Part shown: piece after piece, positions 27,570-62,981 of the stretch
Numbering within the stretch: position 1 is the first letter of the stretch
Layout of the letters: each line of letters begins with the position of its first letter
Notes under the pieces: model-generated
What the model was told of the DNA's origin: nothing
Databases searched by the model: none
The model's input: the letters and a program-made list of their open reading frames with translations, nothing else
Assembly: GCF_037042905.1 (NCBI RefSeq)
Contig: NC_087247.1
Span: forward strand, 30,814,001-30,878,000
DNA length: 64,000 nt
Reading direction: 5' to 3'
From: Lytechinus pictus
Lineage: Eukaryota
Program-made: the position numbers and the translations under genes

Positions 27570-28712
27570 TGCTCCGCTCATCAATACATAGACTGAAGAG
27601 TTGTTGGCCCGTATGTAAAGACAATGTATTAGCAGTAACGTTAGATCAAACATTTGGCAGAAACCTGATTTTCGGATCGTTTTTTGTACATAAAATGTCA
27701 CATTATAAAAAAAAATTACATCCAAATTTACTAAATAATATATTGGTTCCTTCTTCAACCTTCTTCAAGCTACACTGACTGCCTCCTTCAATCTTGAAGA
27801 TTATTGCAGTAGTATAGTACCGGGACCGGCAGGTGCAATACACCGGGTGAACACCCTAATCTTTGACGAGTAGTGTATTGGTGTTAACGTGCATAGGTTG
27901 TGACTCTCCTACACTGGACCAACATTTGCGTCCTTTCCGATGGACGGAGTGTTTTCCAACTGTATTCACACCCGCACTGAACACGGCGGTGAAGCACGCT
28001 AACACACAACGCTAGCATCAGTTTTTTTTTGTTAGACATCTTCCGGCATGCTGCGGGACTCAAACCCACACACGTTGAGATCTATGATCTTATCCGGAAC
28101 AGGCGCTCTACCCGACTGAGCTACGCTCCCTCCCTATATATATAAAATTCAGAAATATCGTACTTTAGGCCTCAGTTACCGCTAATTCCTTTCAAATGAT
28201 GAATAAAATATAGTCATCCTCGATCCTTTCGCTGGTCATCGTAAGTTGCCATCTTGGACTTGAATGACGTCATCATCCTTACAGACGTATTTACCAGTCG
28301 CTATATATAGCGATTATTGCCGCTGTTTTGCGCTTGTATATGTGCGTGCGTTCGGAACTTGTCGCTCGTATTGATTGGCCAGGATATCGAAAATTCTAAT
28401 CGGAAAGCCTTGATAAAAGTATTACTCAATGAATGTAGAGGGCAGCAACAACACATGGCTGCCATTCTTTCCTCTCCGGCAGAGAGGTAACATATATTTT
28501 TTTGGAATATGCGCAGTATCAAAAGAAAGATTAGAGTCTAATGAAAATAGTAGGCCATCGTTCAAGATAATATGTCATTTAGACCTTAAAAAAAATAAAA
28601 ATCTAGACAAAACACTACCGGCCGAATTGGGCGATGTGATTACTCATGCAGGCTAGCACCAACACTCTACCGATGAATGGGGATTAAAGTAAAATGTCAG
28701 AAATTGTTTTAA
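27570..28712 (-). mobile_element. Diverged, end-truncated inverted copy of element B, interrupted by a SINE
   Basis: Reverse complement matches 25710-26670 block by block (e.g. gttgccatcttgga, tgacgtcatcatccttacagac, gcgttcggaacttgtc). Confidence 0.8.
27750..28130 (-). mobile_element. tRNA-derived SINE with Deu/Nin-like central domain
   Basis: Minus strand: gcgtagctcagtcgggtagagcg...gggtttgagtccc head; gtccatcggaaaggacg...gcacgttaa...tcgtcaaagattagggtgttcacccggtg body. Confidence 0.75.
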
Positions 28713-28977
28713 TTGTTTCAGTTTAGCTTAGTGATTGGCTGATTGTCCATTTGTACAAGTAATCTCACAAATAGTCAATAGCGAAATACAATACTCTCCA
28801 TGCATTTCCAGGACTCCAGACTAGTCATGTCCCAGGGGCAGTTAATCATCAAAGATGCAAAATGCCCTTGTAATTCAAAGCTCTCTTGTTTGAAAAATTC
28901 AGCTAATAATTGGTTCCTTTGTCTTCTTGATCATCATCTCTTGATTTATCTGTTCGTATTTACAATGTAGGTCCATC

Positions 28978-51692
<22,715 letters not shown>

Positions 51693-54600
51693 GATGGACC
51701 AATCAGAACTCATGAAGGGCAAAAAGTAGGCGGAGCTTAACAGCAGGCTACCAATTACCAAAGTTGAAAAAGTTATGAAAGTTGAAAAAGTTATGAAACT
51801 GGCTAGTTTATTGAGACTGTTTCCAAAGGTTAATTGAAGAAGGATTTCAAGTGCTGATGCAATTACTTTATTTGATGGAGTCGTGAATGATAGGAAGATG
51901 ATAAAGAAATGAACACGAATGTGATGTGTGAAGAGAAGGAAAACTGATAGAGAAAAATTCACTCTGATGAACCGATGAATGGTAACTTGTGACAAGAGTT
52001 CAGTTTTCGAGGAATGTTGGATGTGAATCGACATGTGGTCCATAAGTATTTTGTACCATGCTCTATCCTAATGGGATGAAGGCTATCAAATACCATCTCC
52101 ATCGTCCCTTCCCTACACCCAACTGACCCAGTTCGACTGTACAGAAGTGTCTTGCATCTTACATAGTACTATCCCTACCTATATTGTCACTGGGATGTTT
52201 AAAAAAGGCTCTTGAATCTCAAAATTAAAAAATGATGAATGCACCTCTGAAAAGGCTGTATTTTAGAAATGGCAATGATTAGCAACCTCATATTGCTTGA
52301 AAACAGTCTCTTAACGTCAAAAGGATTCAATGGAACGAAATCCATCAACTGACTTCCCTTCAATGCATGCAGCAACAATAATTTTCTCTGTCTCCTGTAT
52401 TTTCTTGGCATTATTCATATAATACTGTATAGTGTAGAGAATGGGGCAATTCAACCCTTGATTTGCCTTATGCAGGGACAGTGATTTTTTTTTTTTTTAA
52501 TAGAATGTCCTTTTTTCTGTTTTATAATGGTAGATTCATTGATTTTTACATAAGTAAAGAACCAAAACAGATTGTCAGTTTTGATTTACCGTTTAAACAG
52601 AAAATCACTGTCCCTACTCATGTGCATGTTCACCTGAATTCTATTGTAGTATTTAAGTGTTCTTGGGAACCTCCTGTCTTGTAACGTAAACTCTCTATTG
52701 TGAATTGGAAGGCTAGAATGGGGAGATATGTTTGTAATGGTGCACTTTCTTTTCTTGAGTTACCTGCACAAATTCACGAAGGGTGACAATTTAATTTCTG
52801 TGAAATCTTAAGTGACAGTGTTGGAAATAATTTGAACTTTTTAGGAGCAATTCATTTTAATTAGGGCAATTCCTGAATTTTAGGGTCTATTTTTTCATTC
52901 TGTTTTGTGCAGCAGGCAGATATGCTGCCAAAACATTTCTCATTATTCTGCTGTATGTAGAAAATTTATTTTCTAAACTTTCTTGAATATTGTTGTGGTA
53001 GATATTGGGGCAACATTCGAAAAGTTGGTCGCCCCATAGCATTCAATTTGGGAAATTTTAGGGGCGATTAGGGCTGTCAGAGCAAAATTGTCCATCGCTC
53101 TCACATATTTCCTATGCTGTCGAGCGGGCAGTTCACCATTTAAACACAATTGCAGAAAGCTTATCCTGCAAAGGACCGTCAGATATCTAATCTCTGGTAG
53201 TCAAACCTGCTGGCATGTATAGCAGCTCATGCGAAATGAAGACTCTTATTCTAACGATGCAGGCATTATAAATGATCATTCAGAGCTATTTAAGATGGTG
53301 TATCATTTTATTTTTGGTTTTCTTCATATACACCTTGTTCCTTGTGATAATAGCAGCGCTTTGTATCCTCAGGCAAAAACCGCTATACAAAGTCAGCATT
53401 TATTATTATTATTATTGCCACAATGAAATAGAATTTGAAAATCAAATTGAAATTATTGAATTTTCTATGAACAGTTGTATGTTGTGAATTTTAATTGAGT
53501 TTGATGGTGGCTGTTGGTTACCATCTTTTCAATGAATTGATTTGATTATATTTATTCATCTGCCTTGCTTTATGTCATGAATTGAACACAAATCTCTGCC
53601 TTGCAATACTAAAAAAAAATGGCAAGAGCACAAGTACTGTTCCTTTTACATTTGTTTCAGGACAATCCTATGTGAGAAAATGATCAGTTCACTCTATATT
53701 TACAGTAAAATAATCATGTCGACAGTCCTGGGGTCCGTTGCAGATAGAGTTACAATCAACTGCAGCTCAAAAAATCAAATGCAACTTGATTTTAACCAAT
53801 GAAATGCGCTCATAAGGGACTTGCGATTGATTTTCGGAGTTGCCTTTAATTGTAACTCTTTCTGCAACGGGCCCCTGTAACATAAAGCGTAGCAATTGAT
53901 CATAGGGCTGACTTATGATTGATTGCATTCATTAATGTGTAAGATCAATCTTAAAATTGAGCCCTATAATCAATCACTAAGCTTTAGACCAATATCCTTG
54001 GAGTAAAAAAATCTTATACAAACGGAAATCGCCCAATGAAAGTTAGTATTTGTATGATTCATGTTTTGGGGGTTCTTTTTATGAAGATTTTTGTTTGTAG
54101 AATGGGCTTGATTTTGTGGTGAATTTACCATAGTAAATATAATAATGTCATCAATAGGATATTTACTATGGTAAATATGACAATGTCATATTTACCATGG
54201 TAAATATAACATTGTCAGCAATTTCAGTAGAATGAATTATGGGATGGAAGAGTTCAATAATAGAACAGACATTGTGATATTTACCATGGTAAAACAGCTA
54301 CACCAACTACTAACAACATTTAGCCATGGAATTATACTTCCCTTCTGGAATTGTCCTTCAGTGTCTGATGAATTTTATTGAACCTATGTTATCAAGTATG
54401 AGCACGAAATTGCATATATATGAAATTGTACTTATGATGATATAAAAATAATAAAATTACTAAATGAAATATTTCATAATGGTTATGAGGTCACATTATT
54501 ACCATCACCTTCTTTTTGCAGGTGCCTAAAGTTGGATCTCTTGGGAAAATAGAAAGAACCGGCAACTAGGATGTTTTGCAAAAATATTTGCAAATCATTT

Positions 54601-55513
54601 GCAAATTTTCATTGCAAAATCACATTTGACATATCACTTGCAACTAAAGCAAATTCATGTTTACTGCTTGTTTTTTTGCATGTTTCAAAATAATAACAAT
54701 ACATAGAATTTGTATAGCACACTTTCCATCTTTTAATTAGATGTTTAAGGTGCTTCATAGCATATTACAGAAGTTAATGAATTGGACAAGCAGTTAACTG
54801 CACATTTGAAATTAATTGCAAGACATGTTTGATTTTATTTTTACCCCAAATGACTTGCATTGATTACAAGTTTCTTGCCATGTCCATTACAAGACGTATT
54901 AATGCTTGCTTTTCATGATCTGAAAACATGTTTCCACTTAGCAGTTTATTTTAGTTATGTAAGGCTGACTAAAGTGTGGTTTACAAGGAACATGTGAACT
55001 ATTTGTGAAGGAATTAAACGTCAACAAAATGACAAGTAAAAACATCCATGGTGCAGAAAAGCTTGCAAGAATTTGTTTTATTTTTTATTTCTAGCCAACT
55101 AAAATGCCAGTGGGTGATTGGCAAACCTATGCGCATGTTGATCAAACTTTTGCTGTATAAAATCCTCTGTTAGTCTTGGGCATTCACTTCCTTTGCAAAT
55201 TGCAGAAAAAATGCACTTAACTCAAGTATCAAGTTTGGACCTGTTCTATATAGGTGCATGGGCCTTGTTTCATGAATCTTCTTTTCAGTGGCAAGTTACT
55301 AACTACTGTTATAAGCCACTGAAATGGTGCTGTTTGATTGGCTTAAAGCAAATTTGTCACTGAATTCAAGGATTTGCTGTTTTATGAAACCAGATTCAAT
55401 AGTCGGTCTATGAATCTAGTGCAGATTGGGATTGTAAGCAAGATGTGCCTTTGATTTTTGTGCTTGCTTCTCATTTTTATGTGGTATGTGTATTGTTGTG
55501 TTTACTGTAAGAA

Positions 55514-55519
55514 AATAAA
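55514..55519 (+). terminator. Candidate polyadenylation signal for TMEM209 (alternative at 54450)
   Basis: AATAAA followed by GT/T-rich sequence downstream. Confidence 0.35.
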
Positions 55520-55659
55520 CCTGATTATATGGTGATATTGTAAACTGTTTTCATCTTGTTTTTTTTTTTATCAAACATTCATCATGATTGACATATTTCA
55601 TAGGGATGCAAGAATACATCGTAAGTAAGTAAGGATGGATATACCTGATTAATTTATAG

Positions 55660-56100
55660 ATTAGCTGTATGGTTGATGAATGGATTGGCTAATGATAGAT
55701 TGTTTGATATATTTGATTGATTGATTGATTGACTGACTGACTGATTGATTGATTGTTTGATATATTGGTTGATTTTTGTTGGTTGGGTTCTTGGTTGGCT
55801 GGCTGGCTTATTAGCTGTATGGGTGATGAATTGATTTGCGAATGATAGATTGTTTGATATATTTGATTGATTGATTGATTGACTGACTGACTGATTGATT
55901 GATTGATTGTTTAATATATTGGTTGATTTTTGTTGGTTGGGTTCTTGGTTGGCTGGCTGGCTTATTAGCTGTATGGGTGATGAATTGATTTGCGAATGAT
56001 AGATTGTTTGATCTGTTGATTGGTTGATTGATTGATTGATCGATCGATTAGTTGATTTTGTTGGTTGGTCGGGTTGTTGGTTGGCTGGCTGGCTTACTGT
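55660..56100. repeat. (GATT/GACT/GGTT) compound microsatellite in ~150-bp higher-order units
   Basis: ttagctgtatgg...gatagattgtttgat recurs three times. Confidence 0.85.
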
Positions 56101-56189
56101 TTGCTTGATCCCTCTTTTGTTGACCAATCCTAAGCCAGAATGCATGATTTAAAGAGTTATATAACATTGCAAGAGAGAGGGAGAAAAGA

Positions 56190-56497
56190 AACTTGCTGTA
56201 ATGATTATGGTGCTTATGATACTCCCCAGGGAGTGGATATCAGGCGCGTATCCAGCATCAGATCCTACAGAGCATTTCATGGGCCCAATTGTCCTGGGAC
56301 AATAGTGAGTCTACCATCCTTGTGCATGGGCCCATACATTTCTTTGTCAGAGTTGATGCTGGATACGCTATTGAAGATAGTGCACTTCATGCGTGGAACA
56401 GTGATGGATCCTATGACTGGAATATTCATTACAATGTAAAGCACTTAGATACAGTATGAAACGCTATGTAAACGTTATTATTATTATCATATTATTG
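56190..56497 (+). mobile_element. SINE 3' fragment interrupted by a small MITE (~56240-56373)
   Basis: actccccagggagtgga...gatagtgcac...tgtaaagcacttaga...(tta)n tail; insert has gcgtatccagcatca/tgatgctggatacgc inverted ends. Confidence 0.6.
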
Positions 56498-56859
56498 TCA
56501 ATTGATATGAACCAACTTCAAAAATCTTAACAGTTATCGTTCCGAACAATGGTACGAAAAATAAAAATAGCCAGTTTATTTCCAGTTTCCTTGTAGGATG
56601 TAAAATGCAAATTCAATTCAAATTCATAATTACGCCATCTGTGACCTGAAGCTGATTAGGACTTCACTCTGACAACATGGCTTCCATCAAATGCCAAACT
56701 CTGATTTTAGATGCATACTGAACTTCAAAATAAAAATAATTTGAATTCTATGAACTTTCATATAAAAAAGGATTTTAAAAAGTCACGTCATAGAATAGAG
56801 ATATATTATTCTAAATAGTATATATACATCTGCGTTATAGTTGGATCGTGACTGTAATG

Positions 56860-57165
56860 TGCGGGGGCTTCCCAACTGAATCGCAAAGGGTCGCAAACTT
56901 TAAACCAATGAGACAGTAGTATTCGGATGACGTCAATATCAGCTAGCCCGCCATCTCGCGGCGCGTACACACAACAAGATGGAGTAGCAAGCGTGGCGGT
57001 GATTTCCGTGTGATGACACCCCAAGTCGGACCTCAGGCTCAAACTCAGTTAAAGACATGCCTAAATAAGGCCCACTGTGCTCTGTACAAGGAATCAAAGC
57101 TTGTCGTGCAATCAGGATGTTCAAGACAGCAAATGGAGGAGGGTGTTCATGTAATTCCGGTAGGT
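56860..57165 (+). promoter_or_regulatory. Putative promoter and first exon of a downstream gene
   Basis: CpG-rich; CCAAT 56905, CRE TGACGTCA 56928, YY1-like CAAGATGG, ATG at 57133 (MEEGVHVIP) then CCG|gtaggt at 57160. Confidence 0.4.
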
Positions 57166-57282
57166 ATTAGAATTCTAACGAAGTTACAAACTCGTACTCG
57201 TACTCGTAGTCGGAGCGGTCTTTGACTTTAGCGCCCAGCGGCGGCAGACGCCGTCGTCAGCCTGGCGAGACTAGACGAGAGT

Positions 57283-57726
57283 TAGACCAAAAGCTTCGGT
57301 CTCTGTTATGTTGGTTGTTCAGCTGAACTCCGTTGGCTTCACTCACCAAATACAGAGACCGAAGTTCTAGCGCGATCTGTACAGGGGACTCAATGGCCAT
57401 ATGTTTATGTACTTAAGATCGGATAAAACGGGGAAGTGAATTTGCGCGACAGCCGAGGTAAGTCACTGTTTTTGTTCCTTTTAACTCGATTTTTCTCCGT
57501 TTCTTGGCAATTAATGCCAAGAGGGAATATCAATTTGCATTTTGGTCGCATTAATTTTCAAAATTTTTATTGATTAAAGACAAAAATTGAAGAGCCCCGA
57601 CGGGGGGATTTTGCATTGCAAGTCCCCTAATGGTGGCTGCACGCTAGCGAGCCGTCTGTGTATGAGGAGAACTTTAAAAAAAAAATGTTAAAAAACTCCT
57701 CAAAACAGACGGCTGCCAGCTGTCTA
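57283..57726 (-). mobile_element. Uninterrupted copy of TAGAC...GTCTA element A
   Basis: 9-bp TSD GACGAGAGT (57274-57282, 57727-57735); reverse complement matches 24036-24296 joined to 25437-25666. Confidence 0.88.
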
Positions 57727-58309
57727 GACGAGAGTAAGCTGCCCAGAATTTGACATGTATTGTTAAAGCTGTTTTGCAGTATTTTTTGTTCTAAAATGTC
57801 TTTCCACAAAATGAAATTTAGACCTACATCAATGTTTGGGCATTATCGTGAAATAAGTCACCAGTGACAAATTTCCACGGGGGTCATTTTTTAACCTGAG
57901 TGATATGCGGCAATACAGATACCGGTAGGCCTAGTCTAAAAAAAAAAAAAAGTTAGAGCCACGTCAATAACACTAATAGAGTCGCGTGCCGGGGCGTGTC
58001 AATCATGAAAAACTGCCGGGGCGTGTCAATCATGGATTTTAAAATTCTTTGTCGATATCACTCCGCTCCGCCTTCTCTCGTACATTTATATTTGTAAATT
58101 TCAAAATACACACACTTAGGCTATTTTACATTTCTGTTTGTAAATTTCAGGATACGCGCGGGTGCGTATTCTGAAATCTACAAGTAAAAACGTACTATTT
58201 TAGACAGTATGCCATCCTATAGTCTCAACCCAATCGGCTTCTATGTAATAATGTATTGATCTTATAATTTGTCACCAGCTATGGGATTTCGGAGATTTAA
58301 TATACTGCT

Positions 58310-58940
58310 GGTGACAAATTTCACGAACAGTTGAATAGGAGACGGATGGGTTGAGGCAATAAATGGATAGCTAACTGTCTAAAAGTGGTAGAGTGGTCTT
58401 GAAGAGAAGGGAAAAGAGGGGTTGATGGAATAAAAGGTTAATTACTGTTAATTTATGGAAAAAAAAGAGGTGACAAATTACACGACCAATAAATAGATTC
58501 TAATAACATTGATTCATTTATTGGATAGCTAACTGTCTAAAAGTGGCAGAGTGGTCTTGAAGAGGAGGGAAAAGAGGGGTTGATGGAATAAAAGTTTAAT
58601 TACTGTTAATTTTGTGAAAAAAGCGACAAATTTCACGACCAATACATAGAATCTAAGAATATTGATTCATTAATTGGATAGTTAATTGTCTAAAAGTGGC
58701 AGAGTGGTCTTGAAGAGGAGGGGTTGATGGAATAAAAGTTAAATTACTGTTAATTTAGTGAAAACAAGTGGTGACAAATTTCACGACCATTACATAGAAT
58801 CTAAGGATATTGATTCATTAATTGGATAGTTAACTGTCCAAAAGTGGCAGAGTGGTCTTGAAGAGGAGGGAAAAGAGGGGTTGATGGAATAAAAGGTTAA
58901 TTATCGTTATTTTATTGAAAAAAGTGGTGACAAACGACCA
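58310..58940 (+). repeat. ~155-bp tandem repeat, ~4 copies
   Basis: ggtgacaaatttcacgacc...aaagtggcagagtggtcttgaagag...gttgatggaataaaag recurs at ~58310, 58469, 58623, 58770, 58926. Confidence 0.9.
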
Positions 58941-59582
58941 ATAGAAAAGAATTCACGAATTAAAAACAGGAAAAATTAAACACTAAATAAATCAATACAT
59001 CGTCGTTCCTGATCAATTCAGGATAAAACTAACTTTCTGGAAGGGAAGGGGAGATCATTCAAACAATCCAGGGAATCAATGCAGCATTTTAATTCGACCC
59101 CGGAATTCGACTGTCTTATTTTGCATCCATACTGAGCAAGCTGGAGTGAGTCGACTATCTGGAAAATCCGAATTCTGGTAGGAGTCAGATCTGTGAAGTG
59201 GTTCTTTCTTTTGTGGCGTGGGATGTGAATGAACTAAATACAAGTTGGTGGGTGGGTGTGTGTGTGTGTTGGGCGGGTTGCAGAAGTTAGCGGGCGGTTC
59301 AAGGTTACTAGTAATGGGTGGGGCGCGTAAGATAGGCAGGTTGTACTAGGGAGTTCTCTGTGATGCACATGCTCGAAAGTCACCGACGCTCGGCAGCCTT
59401 TATCTATGTTCATCATTCATTGGTCAATGTTTGCGCACGCTCATCAGTCAGCGTTGTGATTGGTCTAAACTTGAAGTCATTGATTGTACTAATTCATTTT
59501 GCACATGCCATCAATTTGTTATTGTCGTACGTTTCGTAGTTGGTCGAAACCTCGAATTCATGACAATCCGCTGGCTATGAGG

Positions 59583-61011
59583 CAGGTTGTTTGATTTAAA
59601 TCATGTCGATTTAAATCATGATTTAAATCGCGATTTAAATCACTTGATTTTTTTCAAAAAAATCACTGATTTAAATCAACTTTTATGAAAAAAAATTATT
59701 TTTCTCTATTTTCTCTTCTTCTTAACAGATACTTTCAATGTAATCATTTTCATTTCTGTTCCACATGCCTTAGAGATACTTTAAAAGAATGATACACCCT
59801 CATGGAGTCTGATTTAACACCACTGTTTTATTTTCAAATTGTAAAACAAGCAAAACTGATGAAAACAACAAGTTTCTAACGAAGTAATGATAAATAACTC
59901 TTTGTATGTACACCGAACTGTTAAATCTTCAATAAAATAATATATAAAATCTACAAAGGTGCTCAAAGTCCACAACTTGGATACTTTTACAAAACAGCTG
60001 AACTACTTGTATGTACCTCCTTCTTGTTACTATTAATACCCATTCTTTCAATTACTTAAGTTGAAGGCATATGTGTTTATTTGATAAGAATTACATGTAT
60101 ATTTGCATGCTTGTGTATTTTCTTATCAATACCCATACATTCAATTACACAATTTCAAAGTACACATGTATACTTAATAAGTAAGAATTTAAAAATGGGA
60201 AAGTTGCTGGGCAAGTGTTACTGTATGCAGCAATACAACTGCTGTGCTTGCTTGTTCATGTAATAGTTTGTAAAAAACAGCACATCAATGATGTGGTGGA
60301 CAGTGGTGCTTATCCTGCATCTTGCAACAAAATTTATTGAAGTTATATTTGGAACTGAGGTTACACTGTAATGAAAACATAAAATGTGTATTTTGTTACA
60401 AGCATATCAGGAAGTGCCTATATTGCAAATCTGGTTAAATATTACATTCAAATTAGATGTTAACGTACAGTTGTGACTTGCGAATGCTTTGTATACCAGA
60501 TGTAGCTCTAGAGTTGCAAACCCTATTTCTGTGGAAACAAGACTTAATATGATAAAGCTTTACAATGGCTTAAAGGCATTGGTTAACATTGTGTTCAGTT
60601 TTAAAAATCTGAGTTGCATGTTCTCACGTGTATGCTAACATGTCTATGGGAATATAGAAATGAAACAGAGCAAAAAATTAAATGTATACATAATACATAA
60701 CATTACTTGGGCTTCCATAAAATGTCCCTCTCTATAATGCAAATAAATAAATAAAAAATTAAAAAAATTACCTGTATATAAGTGGATTATTGTGTCAAAT
60801 AGTACAATACACAATGTTCAAAAGACTACTTGACCACTATTATTGGTGTAAAACAGTTAAAATATAGTTTAAAACTTGTTAAGTGTGACCATTATTTTTC
60901 ATTGGAAAAAAAATCAATAAAATCTGATTTAAATCATAAAAATCCGATTTAAATAAAAAAAATTCGATTTTTTTGATTTTTTTTAAAAAATCAAAAAAAT
61001 CAACAACCCTG
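59583..61011. mobile_element. Non-autonomous hAT-like element with GATTTAAATC subterminal repeats
   Basis: CAGGTTGTTTGATTT...AAATCAACAACCCTG; flanks CTATGAGG/CTATGAGC. Confidence 0.8.
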
Positions 61012-61180
61012 CTATGAGCATGCATCACAGAAGTCAGTCTAGGCCCCTATTTCATGATTTGTGATTTATTTTGTGAAAAGCTGGAAAATAGTCTGGCAAT
61101 TCTTTAATCACTAAATGAATCGTATTTTCTTCCTTGCTTCTTCTTAATTTTAATTCAAATTGATTCGTTATTCTTTGTCA

Positions 61181-62981
61181 TTTTTGTCTTGCCTGCGTAG
61201 CGGAGCGAGACATAGGTATCACTATTTCCGGTGTCGTCGTCGTCAACAATTGTGTTGTACACCCAATAACTTTCTATAGCTTTGAGGTGGGATCACCAAA
61301 TTCATACCAGAGGTCCATCTCCTGAAGGCACAGGTCAAGTTCGAATATGAGTCGAATTTGAATAAGGTCAAAGGTCAATGAACTTTCCATGCCTGGCACT
61401 GTGCTGTGTTGTACACATAATAACTTTGTACACCCAATAACTTTCTATAGCTTCGAGGTGGGATCTCCAAATTCATACCAGAGGTCCATCTCCTGGAGGC
61501 ACAGGTCAAGTTCGAATATGAGTCAAATTTGAATACGGTCAAAGGTCAATGAACTTTCCATGACTGGCACTGTGCTGTGTTGTACACATAATAACTTTGT
61601 ACACCCAATAACTTTCTATAGCTTCGAGGTGGGATCACCAAATTCATACCAGAGGTCCATCTCCTGAAGGCACAGGTCAAGTTCGAATATGAGTCGAATT
61701 TGAATAAGGTCAAAGGCCCAGGTTGTATAATTTTTTTTTCATTTTTACTGTGTACAGAGCATAAAAAATAACCAGCTACGTTGTGTTTTTTCTTCAAATC
61801 CATACTGTGTACACACTCAAGGCCAGGTAAAAAAGGTTTAGCCTACGCATTTACTGTAAAGACCTTTCCTCGATTTAAAGTGGGATAAGCAGGATCACTC
61901 TGGAAATCAAGGAAATTAAGACTTTCCAAAGCGATTCTTCTACAACTGCAATCAAAGTATCGGAACATGCATAAAGCAGCGCGCTGTGTATGTTTCTACC
62001 GATACTCTGACAATCTGGCAGCACCAGATTGAAACACAAGAAGTCATGTTTTGCTCATGTGTCTCTGTTTCAGTCAGATGTGCCTTGACATTGGCTATTT
62101 TTGCAGCGTAAGTCCCCGTAATCACACTCAGAGGAAATATCCCATTACAGCTTTTAATCCCCCGCCGTTCGCTTTTGAAACTCTGCCCTTGCCGTGCCAT
62201 ACTCCAACCCATGCTATGTTGCTGCTGTTGCTGCTGCAGTAGCTGCATTGGGTCGAGTTTAGGTATTAACAAAACTACAATAGTACAAGTTTACACCTTT
62301 ACTATGTGAATTAGTCACCTCTGGAAAGTAGGTGAAGGCATAACGTGATATGTTCATCTGGAATTCATCTATCAAAATTTACATAAAGAAAATGGGCTCT
62401 CAAATCAAAATCATCTGTCTAATCTAAAGCTGGAGTAATAGTATGTACAGCACTAAGAAACATAGCACTACATCAATGTTGCATATTGCAATTTTTAATC
62501 AACTAGGATGTCCTTTTCCTCCTCTACTTGGGGGTAAAACTTTTTTTTTTCAAATACTTCAAAAGAATAAAAATTAACAACTTAATATCACTTTAGAACT
62601 TAAGAAGGTGCAGGTCAAGTTCAAATGTGAGTTGAATTTGATTAAGGTCAAAGGTCAATGAACTTTCCATGACTGGCACTGTGCTGTGTTGTACACATAA
62701 TGACTTTTTATATCTTCGAGGTAGGATTGCCAAATTCGAACAAGAGGTCCATCTCTTTAAGGTGCAGGTCAAGTTCGAATGTGAGTTGAATTTGATTAAG
62801 GTCAAAGGTCAATGAACTTTCCATGACTGGCACTGCTGTGTTGTACACACAATAACTTTCTATAGCTTCGAGGTGGGATCGCCAAACTCGTAACAGAGGT
62901 CCATCTAAGTCATATAGCATACATGCAGTCTCTTCATGACTGCAATATGCAGGCGAGACAACGCTTGGCGTTTGCCTTGTT
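61181..62981 (+). mobile_element. Related HINE-like element with ~170-bp repeats, interrupted at ~61717-62600
   Basis: tttttGTCTTGCCTGC...GCAGGCGAGAC (62949)...cttgtt; (gtc)n microsatellite; repeated AAGGTCAAAGGTCA. Confidence 0.78.

Noticed and set aside
28040-28130. tRNA gene candidates (also 17405-17478, 33195-33265, 11155-11235)
   Set aside because: A/B boxes are present but there is no intact cloverleaf; the first three continue into SINE bodies and the last is too degenerate to call.
55654-56145. 163-aa Q/N/S-rich ORF
   Set aside because: Translation of a (GATT)n-type microsatellite.
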